A stretch of 64,000 nucleotides of DNA, from the NCBI GenBank assembly GCA_965198005.1, contig CBDAOI010000002.1:448001-512000 (forward strand). The letters are read 5' to 3'. Position 1 is the stretch's first letter. The number at the start of each line of letters is the position of its first letter. Below are positions 39,473 to 47,407 of the stretch, one piece after another. Origin of the DNA: Spirochaetia bacterium. GTDB lineage: Bacteria > Spirochaetota > Spirochaetia > SZUA-6 > Bin103. The notes below the pieces were generated by a model. It was not told the origin of the DNA, ran no database searches, and saw only the letters and a program-made list of their open reading frames with translations. Both the position numbers and the translations under genes were made by a program.

Positions 39473-39501
39473 ATCGTCGCACACGCACAGCCTGCTGTCA
39501 A
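39473..39501 (-). promoter_or_regulatory. leader promoter
   Basis: TTGACA-17-GACGAT, about 26 nt before leader ATG. Confidence 0.5.
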
Positions 39502-39624
39502 ATGGCCGCGCAGCCCCTGTTCAGAGCTACCGTACCACGCTGACGAGGGCACTGTCAAACGGCCCGACGCCTCGGACGCCTCGGTCGGCCGGAGCGGCTG
39601 CTTGGCACGGCGCACCCGGCAGAC

Positions 39625-39749
39625 TCATTCGTAGTGCGTCCACATTCGGAGCACCTGAAGGAGGCGCTCCACGTTTGTACGGAGCCCGGACGCAGCCACC
39701 TTCTGTGCGTCCTTTCGGGCTTGTCTGGTGAACACCAGTCGATAGTCAC
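39625..39749 (-). pseudogene. yoeB: YoeB/Txe toxin with central deletion
   Basis: YRLVFTRQARKDAQKV...LLQVLR joined directly to MWTHYE*; start codon out of frame. Confidence 0.8.
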
Positions 39750-39988
39750 CACCCAGGCTCTGCGTCGCACTCCTCCACGGGGGTTTCGAGTCCCTTCCGT
39801 ATCGAATCGGTCATGCCGGGGATGGCGGACAGGTACAACGTCTCCTGTATTGCATTCCAGTCCTCTTCGCTCACCAGGACCGCCGACCGTTCTTTTCCCG
39901 TAATCGTGACCGGAGCATGCGATTCATTCACTTCATCAATGAGCCGGTACAGGTTCTTCCGTGCGTTGGTGACATTCAAGGTCCCCAT
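39746..39988 (-). CDS. yefM: Phd/YefM antitoxin
   Basis: ARKNLYRLIDEV...AVLVSEEDWNAIQETLYL. Confidence 0.9.
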   Translation of the reverse strand: MGTLNVTNARKNLYRLIDEVNESHAPVTITGKERSAVLVSEEDWNAIQETLYLSAIPGMTDSIRKGLETPVEECDAEPGW

Positions 39989-40049
39989 GGGCTGCCTCCC
40001 GTACGTCCTACCGTACGCTACGGACTGCTCAGGGTCAAGTCGAGCCGGG

Positions 40050-40589
40050 GAACGGATGCCGCCCGACACGCCCAGCACGATGATGATCTGCAGCATGCCG
40101 CGGCCGGCAATCGACATGATGGTCAGCAGCAGGAGCAGCCCGGGAACGCCATCCAGGCGTCGACGAAGCGCTGCGTCACCAGATCCAGCCGACCGCCGAT
40201 GAAGCCGGTGATGCCGCCGATCACACTGCCACCACGACGGTGAGGACCGTGGCGGCCAGCCCCACCGTCAGCGACACCCGCGCCCCGTGGATGAGGCGGC
40301 TCAAGAGGTCGCGCCCCACGTGGTCGGTGCCCAGCAGGTACTGGGCCGAGGGGGCCTGCAGGTGGTCGCGCAGGTGGATCTCCTCGTAGCGATGGGGCGC
40401 CAGCCCGTCGGCGAAGATGCTCACCAGCACCAGGATCAGGATGGCGATGCCGCCGGCGGTCCCCAACGGCTGCTCGCGGACCAGGCGCGCGAAGAACCGC
40501 CGCGGTCCAGCCTGCCCAGCCGCAGCCGCCCCAGTGGTCGGCTCGGCGACAGCCGGCGTCAGCTGGGAGACGTCACCCACGGGCTTCAT
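40050..40589 (-). pseudogene. permease C 5' half, frameshifted
   Basis: paralog of 23787/33583 ending at GVSGGI. Confidence 0.85.
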
Positions 40590-40793
40590 TGCCTCATTGC
40601 CTCATTGCCTCCGCATACGCCACACTGCCCATCCTCAGCCACCACCGCCGCAGCGTCTCCACCGCAAACGCCGCCGTGTCGTGATCCTCCCCGACGCTTC
40701 AGTTGGCTGGTGGGAGACTGGTGATCCTCATCTTCCACTGCCGATCGAGGCATCGACGAAGCGCTGTTCGACGGGGCATGCTACACTACCGTC

Positions 40794-41048
40794 ATGATCA
40801 GCCGTGGCATTCGCGCTTATATGGCTCGCGAGTGGCGAACGGCGCGGGCTGCCAAGGACGCGTATTGGGCCGAGCGCATCACCCGCTACGGACCGCTGGA
40901 AGGGCTGCGCATCGCCGACGAGTTGCGGAGACAAGCACTGCTGCACAATCCGGAGTGGCCGGATGCCGCATCCCGGAAGCAGGACCTGCTCGCTCACGTG
41001 CGCTTGGCCGAGTTGTTCACGCGTGCCGCTTCCGCCCGCCGCAGTTGA
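40794..41048 (+). CDS. small hypothetical protein, putative antitoxin
   Basis: 84 aa; overlaps the downstream nucleotidyltransferase. Confidence 0.65.
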   Translation: MISRGIRAYMAREWRTARAAKDAYWAERITRYGPLEGLRIADELRRQALLHNPEWPDAASRKQDLLAHVRLAELFTRAASARRS

Positions 41049-41592
41049 ACTCCTGACCGCACTGTCAAAGGTGCTCGCAGGCCGAGGGCGCTGGTACGTG
41101 TTCGGCGCCCAGGCAGTCATCGCGTACGGTGTGCCCCGTTTGAGCGCCGACGTCGACGTTACCGTCAAGCTGGAACCCGACGATCCGCAGCGGTTCGCAG
41201 CCGCCATGAAGGCGGCGGGGTTCGCCTTGCGCGTCGAGGATCCGGAGTTCATACGGCGGACTCGGGTGATGCCGTTCGTTCACGCTGCTACCGCGATGCC
41301 GCTGGACATCGTATTGGCAGGGTCGGGACTGGAGGACGAGTTCCTTGAGCGTGCCCGGACGGTGGACATCGGCGGCACGGCCGTCCCGTTGATCGCTGTC
41401 CAGGACCTCATCATCGCCAAGCTCCTCGCGGGCCGCCCGCAGGATCTCGCAGATGCGCAGAACCTGTGGCGCGTCCACGGGCACAACCTCGACGAGCGTT
41501 CAATTCGCCGGACACTGCGGTTGCTCGAGGAGGCGCTGGATCAAAGCGACCTGCTGCCCGGCTTCGAATCGATCGCGCAGGATGGCCCGTGA
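41023..41592 (+). CDS. nucleotidyltransferase-fold protein, putative toxin
   Basis: FGAQAV..YG.PR.SADVD, DLIIAKL.AGRPQDLAD. Confidence 0.75.
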   Translation: MPLPPAAVELLTALSKVLAGRGRWYVFGAQAVIAYGVPRLSADVDVTVKLEPDDPQRFAAAMKAAGFALRVEDPEFIRRTRVMPFVHAATAMPLDIVLAGSGLEDEFLERARTVDIGGTAVPLIAVQDLIIAKLLAGRPQDLADAQNLWRVHGHNLDERSIRRTLRLLEEALDQSDLLPGFESIAQDGP

Positions 41593-41610
41593 TCAGTAAA
41601 GTGGGTGCGG

Positions 41611-41648
41611 ACGACCAGCAGCAGCAGCCGGATGATGTAGGCTCTCAT
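41611..41648 (-). pseudogene. first 12 codons of a permease B
   Basis: MRAYIIRLLLLV, identical to the start of 11900-12553. Confidence 0.7.
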
Positions 41649-41660
41649 ATCGTCTGCGAG

Positions 41661-42095
41661 CTATTCAGGCGGGTAAGGGGATACCGTTGGCCAAGCGCCG
41701 CGAACCCGTCCTCGGTGGCGAGTCAGCGTGCGAAACTCGGCGGTCGTTACCTCCGGCGTCCGTGGCCGCTGATCGGGTCCCAGGTACAGACATCCCATCC
41801 GGCGACGTAATTCTCGGGGCTGCGATTTGCGGCGATTGTGCTGAGCAGCTCCGCCTGCGTGGAGGTTAACGGCATAGCCGTGCGGCGATCCGAAACCCGG
41901 CCAGCCGCCGTTCTTTTTCAGACCAGCCACGATCATGGGCACCTCCGCGAGCGTAATCTCCAGATCCGCGCGCACGTACCAGAAACACTGAACGTGAAAC
42001 CGACGGAATGCCCGCTGCGCCATGCGCACGCGTCCGGCATGTCGGCGGACGGTGTGGAGCGGTCTGCGGATAGATGCCCGCCTACGAGCGTCCAC
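41661..42095 (-). pseudogene. collapsed antitoxin + nucleotidyltransferase pair
   Basis: AFRRFHVQCFW...GLKKNGG, then MPLTSTQAELLSTIAANRSPENYVAG fused to a ...HRGRVRGAWPTV tail. Confidence 0.55.
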
Positions 42096-42128
42096 CCTGC
42101 ATCAGTACCTTGGCCACTTGGAGGATGC

Positions 42129-42207
42129 CTGGCGCAGTACCTCCAGCATCATGGTGCGCGTCATGCGCATGGTGCTGGCCGCCAGGTAGGTCCCGAGGAT
42201 CAGGCTG
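42129..42207 (-). pseudogene. permease B internal scrap
   Basis: SLILGTYLAASTMRMTRTMMLEVLRQ. Confidence 0.75.
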
Positions 42208-42637
42208 AGGTTCGCCGCCGTTGCCGACCGCCTTCGGTGACGACCTGCGGCTGCTGCGCCGCGCTGAACGTGTTGCCGGCGCTGCGCAGGACCGCCGGAT
42301 GGCGTGCGCGCACCGATCATCCGAGCCGGCGACAGGCTCGGGTGCCATGGCTCACCTTGGTGACGCGCACTCTGAGCTGATCGCCGGCGCGCGGCGTCGG
42401 GGAGCTGGAGCACTGGAGCAACGACCTGCAGTGCCGCGCTGGCCGCCATGCTCGATCCCGCTGCCACCGGTAGTGTCGTACCGTGCGCTACGACACAGAA
42501 AGAATGCACCGGACGTTGAGTCCCGCGACAAGCACGGCCGCGTGCGTTGCGGATCGGGTAGACATGCCTGAACAATACGTCGCCACGTCCCGCGGCGGGC
42601 GCAGCCCGATCCGCCGGAGTTTCCGGGTTGTCATGCG

Positions 42638-43507
42638 GTGCGGGTAGCGCGCGAGGCGATTGCCGATTACGAAGGGCGCATCGAGTACTGGGACGCCGCT
42701 ACGGAGACTGCGATGGTGTGCGAGCCGGCCAGCGTCTACCACGAGCATCCGCCGCAGCGCCTGGCCGGACTGCTCAAGACGATCGCCCACGTGCGGGGCT
42801 CACCGATAGAGACGTTCGGTGCTGCGGACCTGCTGATGCGCGATGCGTGCGGCGCCTATCTGCGCATTCTGGAGGCGGACCAGACGGTATACCTGCGGCC
42901 GCGGGCGACGCGGCCCTGGGGTCCTGCGATCGAGGTGGGCAGCGACGTGCTGCCGGACGTGGTGCTGGAGGTGGACAACACCACCGACGTGCGGCGCGGC
43001 AAGCTCGGTCTCTACGAGTCGTGGGGATTTCCGGAAGTCTGGGTGGAAGTGCCGGACACCGCGTCGCCGAGCCGGCCGGCGGGGCTGCGACCGGGCTTGA
43101 CGATCCACGTGTTGGGGCTGAGCTTGGTCACGGCGTCGCGCAGCCGGACGTTTCCGGGCTGGACGGCGGCGGAGATTCACCGCGCGTTGAACGAGCCGGA
43201 GTTGTCGGATGCGACCACGGCGGCGCTACGCCGGGTCGGGCGGGCGCTGGGTGCGGCGGAGGGTACCGGGCCGGATGACGATCCGTTGCTGCGCGCAGAG
43301 CGCCTGGAGGGCCGGGAGGAAGGCCGGGTGGAGACGCGGAGCGCGGTGGTGGTGGAGGTGTTGAAGACGCGCGGCCTGCCAGTATCAGCGGGGCTGCGGC
43401 GGCGCTTGGCGGCACTGGAGGGCGTCTCGACCGCGGCGCTGGTGCAGGCCGCGCTGGAGTGCCGGGACGAGGAGGACCTGCTGCGGCTGGTGTCGGATCG
43501 CCGGTAG
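42638..43507 (+). CDS. Uma2-family endonuclease-like protein
   Basis: HE, EADQ, PDVVLEVDNT, KLGLY...GFPEVW. Confidence 0.8.
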   Translation: MRVAREAIADYEGRIEYWDAATETAMVCEPASVYHEHPPQRLAGLLKTIAHVRGSPIETFGAADLLMRDACGAYLRILEADQTVYLRPRATRPWGPAIEVGSDVLPDVVLEVDNTTDVRRGKLGLYESWGFPEVWVEVPDTASPSRPAGLRPGLTIHVLGLSLVTASRSRTFPGWTAAEIHRALNEPELSDATTAALRRVGRALGAAEGTGPDDDPLLRAERLEGREEGRVETRSAVVVEVLKTRGLPVSAGLRRRLAALEGVSTAALVQAALECRDEEDLLRLVSDRR

Positions 43508-43547
43508 CCCTACCCATCGCCACTTCCTCCGCGAGCCGCGCTGGCTG

Positions 43548-44471
43548 CTATCTCCCGTGATGGCCCTTCAACGACGTGGCGCCATGAGCACCCACACGAC
43601 CGGCACTACCGCGCAGCCGCGGGTCCAGCAGGTCGCGCACGGCGTCGCCGAACATGTTGAGACAGTAGACGGTTACGGTAAGGCACAGACCGGGCCACAG
43701 CGCCAGATGCGGCGCCGACTCCATGTGGAGCCGCCCTTCCCGGCTGAGCATGCCTCCCCAGCTCGGGACCTCGATTGGCACACCGAATCCGAGAAAGCTC
43801 AGAGCGGCCTCGGAAACGATCACCCCGCCGATGTTGATGCTGAATATCACGATCATGACCGGTGCAATATTGGGCAGGACGTGGCGGGTGAGCGTTCTCC
43901 ACCGCACGGAGCCGATCGCCGCCGCCGCCTCGAAGTACACGTTCTCTTTCACGCCGATGACGGCGCCTCTCACTACGCGCGAGCCGACAACGCCTCCCGT
44001 CAGCCCCAGGACCAGTATGATCTGCAGCAGGCCCTGTCCGACCATGGACATGATCGTCAACAGCAGGAGCAGCCCCGGGAAAGCCATCCAGGCATCGACG
44101 AATCTCTGCACCGCGATGTCCAGTTTCCCACCGATGAATCCGGAAGTGCCGCCGATGAGGACACCCACGACAACGTTGAGGGCGGTCGCCGTCAGACCGA
44201 CCAGCAACGAGATCCGAGCCGCGTAGATGAGGCGCGTGAAGAGGTCTCGCCCCAGGTGGTCGGTGCCCAGGAGATAGGTGGTCGATGATCCCTGCAACCG
44301 GTCCATGAGATGCATTTGATAACGGTCAAACGGCGCGATGACGTCGGCCAAGCCAGCGACCACGATCAGCATCAAGACGATAATCCCGCTGGCGGTACCG
44401 AGTCGCTTCTCTCGCCACATCCTGGCAAGGAAACTCCTTGCTCCGGTCGCTATTCCCGTGGCATCACTCAT
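43548..44471 (-). CDS. ABC permease C
   Basis: full DppC motifs. Confidence 0.93.
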   Translation of the reverse strand: MSDATGIATGARSFLARMWREKRLGTASGIIVLMLIVVAGLADVIAPFDRYQMHLMDRLQGSSTTYLLGTDHLGRDLFTRLIYAARISLLVGLTATALNVVVGVLIGGTSGFIGGKLDIAVQRFVDAWMAFPGLLLLLTIMSMVGQGLLQIILVLGLTGGVVGSRVVRGAVIGVKENVYFEAAAAIGSVRWRTLTRHVLPNIAPVMIVIFSINIGGVIVSEAALSFLGFGVPIEVPSWGGMLSREGRLHMESAPHLALWPGLCLTVTVYCLNMFGDAVRDLLDPRLRGSAGRVGAHGATSLKGHHGR

Positions 44472-44486
44472 GGTCGTCGTTGGTCT

Positions 44487-45446
44487 CTACTGGTAGCGTA
44501 CCCGGGGATCGAGCACCACGTAGAGCAGGTCGGTGATAAGATTGAACAGCACGACCGCGGTGGCAAACACCAGGTTTATGCCTGAGACCAGCGGGTAGTC
44601 TCTCTGGTCGAGAGCATCGACCATGAGACGCCCCAGCCCCGGCAGGTTGAATATGGTCTCCACGATCACTGAGCCACCCACCAGGATCGGGAGCTGAAGC
44701 CCGATCAGGGTAACAATCGGGATGAAGCCATTCCTGAGGGCATGGCGCACGACGATTACCCGCTCCACAAGACCCTTGGACCAGGCCGTCCTGATGTAAT
44801 CCTGCCTGAGCACTTCCAGCATCATGGTGCGCGTCAGCCGCATGGTGGCGGCGGCCGCGCCGGTCCCCAGAATCAGGCTCGGAATGATGACCCCCCCGAG
44901 GTTGCGCAGCGGGTCCTGTCCAAACGGAATCAGCCGCAGCGGCGGTGTCCAACCCCACCAGATCGCCGGATAGACGATAATCATGATGCCCAGCCAGAAG
45001 TTCGGCATTGCCAGGCCGATGATGGCGGCGCTGCGCCCCAGGTAGTCGAGGGCGGTATCGTGACGCACCGCCGAGTAGATGCCCACCGGAATGGAGATCA
45101 GCAGCCCGATGACGATTGCCAGGGCGCCAAGCTCGAGGGTTATCGGCAGTCGCTCGAGTATGTTCTGCTCCACCGCACCACGGCCCGTCAGTGATTCGCC
45201 GAAGGAGCCGCGCAGGATGATGCCTCCCAACCAGCGGGGATACTGTACGTGGACCGGCAGGTCCAAACCGAGCTGGCGCTCCAGCCCTGCCCGGTCGACC
45301 GGCCCCACCGTACCGGCCATTTGCGTGCTCGCCATGTAGTCGATGACGTCGCCCGGGAGGAAGCGCACCGAGAGAAAGACCAGGATGGTCAAGAGCAAGA
45401 CGGTGGGGATTACGAGCAGCAACCGCCTGATTACGTAGGCTCGCAC
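44487..45446 (-). CDS. ABC permease B
   Basis: full DppB motifs. Confidence 0.93.
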   Translation of the reverse strand: MRAYVIRRLLLVIPTVLLLTILVFLSVRFLPGDVIDYMASTQMAGTVGPVDRAGLERQLGLDLPVHVQYPRWLGGIILRGSFGESLTGRGAVEQNILERLPITLELGALAIVIGLLISIPVGIYSAVRHDTALDYLGRSAAIIGLAMPNFWLGIMIIVYPAIWWGWTPPLRLIPFGQDPLRNLGGVIIPSLILGTGAAAATMRLTRTMMLEVLRQDYIRTAWSKGLVERVIVVRHALRNGFIPIVTLIGLQLPILVGGSVIVETIFNLPGLGRLMVDALDQRDYPLVSGINLVFATAVVLFNLITDLLYVVLDPRVRYQ

Positions 45447-45520
45447 GTCACCTGTCTCGTTCTGTCATGAGCAGCAAACAAGGGAGCTGGGGTCGGGACC
45501 CTCCCCAGCCCCCGTTTTTC

Positions 45521-47287
45521 CTAGAATCCCATTTCCTTCTTCAGCGCGGAGTCGATCCACATGCGGCTCTGGGCGGCCCAGTACCCATGGCTGTGCAGTG
45601 CCAGCTCGCCGTTCCAACCGGCCACCCACGGCTGTACCGGGACGAAGCGTGGCGCCATACCACCCCACACGTGCCAGAACTGCTCGATCGCACGCATGTC
45701 CAGCTCGCGCACGATAGCCTCCCACTCGGCTTGGGTGGTTGCCTTTTGGAGGTCTTGCCACCGCTGTTCATAAAACGGGTCTTTCGGGTGGGCGGTGTTG
45801 TGGTAGTGGTCGATCTGGAAGCGGTCGGTGATCGGAACGAGCATCGCGTTTTCCGACGCCGCCAGGTCGAAGTTCCCGATTGGTCGATTGGCGACGACCT
45901 CGGCCCCCGGCATTACCAGAAGCTCCACTATGACGCCAATCTCCCGCCACATCCCGGCCTGCAATTCAGCATTCGGCACGCGCGAGGAGACGGTTTGGTG
46001 GGTGGTCGTGAATCTCACGCCATCCGCGCCGCGGGGATATCCGGCTTCGTCGAGCAGCGCCTCTGCACGTGCCTTGTCATACGTGAAGTAACTCTTGAGG
46101 TCCTCGGGCCATTCTTCAAAGGGAACGTAGAGTCCCACCAACCGATTCTGCCCGTACGGGGTAGTTACTCCCATACCGCCCCAGACGGTGGCGTTCATGG
46201 TCTCGAGGTCCAGCGCGAGCTGCATCGCCTGGCGCACCCTGAGGTCGTCAAACGGCTTCCTCTGGACGTTCATGCCGACCGATGAATCCGATCGCACGTA
46301 CATCGTCACCAGATCGATCTCGGGGTTGGTTCGCTGGAGACTCTGTGCCTGGTCGACACCGGGGATATAAGACACCGCATCCGTCTTGTCGATCTGGCGG
46401 GTGCGCATCGCCGCCAGCATGGTCGCAGGCTCAGGCATGTGCAAGGCGATCCGCTGGTCGATATAGGGTAGCCGGTTCTCCGGGAACTTCTCGTCGAAAC
46501 CCCAGTAGTCCGGGTTCTTGACCCACGTCGCCGAGCTCTCCGCGACCCAGTCGGTCAGCATGTAGGCTCCGGTGCCGACCACGTTCCTCCAGTCCGTCAT
46601 GTCGCCGTGCTCTCTGATCACCTCGGGGGGATAGATGAAGGTCACTCCGTCATCGAGCAGAGACAGCACGGCCTGGAGATGCGGCTCCTGCAGCGTGATG
46701 ACCACCGTGTACCGGTCAGTGGCCGTGACCGATGCAACCTGGATGGGCGTCATCTGGTAGGTGTGCGTGGTGCGCTCCGTGAATCCGCTGCCAAGACCCA
46801 GTATGCGGTGATAGTTGAACTCGACGTCTTCGGCAGTGAGCTCCCGGCCGTTCATCGGCTCCTTGTCATGCCAGTGAACGCCCTGGCGGATATTGAGGAT
46901 GATGGTGAGGTCGTCGGTCTGCTCCCAGGTCTCCACCAGCATCCCGTTCATGTAGCGGAGGGGTGGAAAGGGCGTATCCAGGGCGAACTCGTCGCGATCT
47001 ACCGCCCAGTTTGCGATAAGCGGCGTCTCGACCACGGTGTCCAACCATCCCGTCGCCCGCGTTCCACCGACCACAGCGTCAAACACGGGTGCCCAACTTC
47101 TCCTGGCGTAGGTCAGGGTTCCGCCGTACTCCGGCGCAGGCACCATCTCGCCGGTGCTGGGGTCCATCACCATCGGCTTGTCGGCCGCGGCGGCCGGCTC
47201 CTCTTCGGCGGCGGCAGCCCAGGCGCCGGATGCGGCCAGGACGATCCCCAACAGGGCGACCGTCCACGTTCGGTAATTCCAGAGCAT
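45521..47287 (-). CDS. ABC substrate-binding protein, family 5 (SBP5)
   Basis: GAGGAGAGG then MLWNYRTW signal peptide; PEYGGTLT, LDEAGYPRGADG. Confidence 0.92.
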   Translation of the reverse strand: MLWNYRTWTVALLGIVLAASGAWAAAAEEEPAAAADKPMVMDPSTGEMVPAPEYGGTLTYARRSWAPVFDAVVGGTRATGWLDTVVETPLIANWAVDRDEFALDTPFPPLRYMNGMLVETWEQTDDLTIILNIRQGVHWHDKEPMNGRELTAEDVEFNYHRILGLGSGFTERTTHTYQMTPIQVASVTATDRYTVVITLQEPHLQAVLSLLDDGVTFIYPPEVIREHGDMTDWRNVVGTGAYMLTDWVAESSATWVKNPDYWGFDEKFPENRLPYIDQRIALHMPEPATMLAAMRTRQIDKTDAVSYIPGVDQAQSLQRTNPEIDLVTMYVRSDSSVGMNVQRKPFDDLRVRQAMQLALDLETMNATVWGGMGVTTPYGQNRLVGLYVPFEEWPEDLKSYFTYDKARAEALLDEAGYPRGADGVRFTTTHQTVSSRVPNAELQAGMWREIGVIVELLVMPGAEVVANRPIGNFDLAASENAMLVPITDRFQIDHYHNTAHPKDPFYEQRWQDLQKATTQAEWEAIVRELDMRAIEQFWHVWGGMAPRFVPVQPWVAGWNGELALHSHGYWAAQSRMWIDSALKKEMGF

Positions 47288-47330
47288 GATATCCTCTCCT
47301 CCTCTCCTTACCAGTTCTATGGTTTCCGGC

Positions 47331-47359
47331 AGCATAGGTCGTGTGCGTGGAGGTGTCAA
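47331..47359 (-). promoter_or_regulatory. sigma70-like promoter of SBP5
   Basis: TTGACA-17-TATGCT. Confidence 0.7.
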
Positions 47360-47407
47360 CGCTCGCTGCATGGCGGGGCGTGGCGGTCGCGCTCAGGATC
47401 GGGTAAG

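Noticed and set aside
40620-40720. DUF433 antitoxin scrap (GRIT..GGVCGGDA, minus strand)
   Set aside because: Too short and frameshifted to support
433-43507. True integron with attC sites
   Set aside because: No integrase, no consistent RYYYAAC..GTTRRRY sites, and TA modules occur in both orientations
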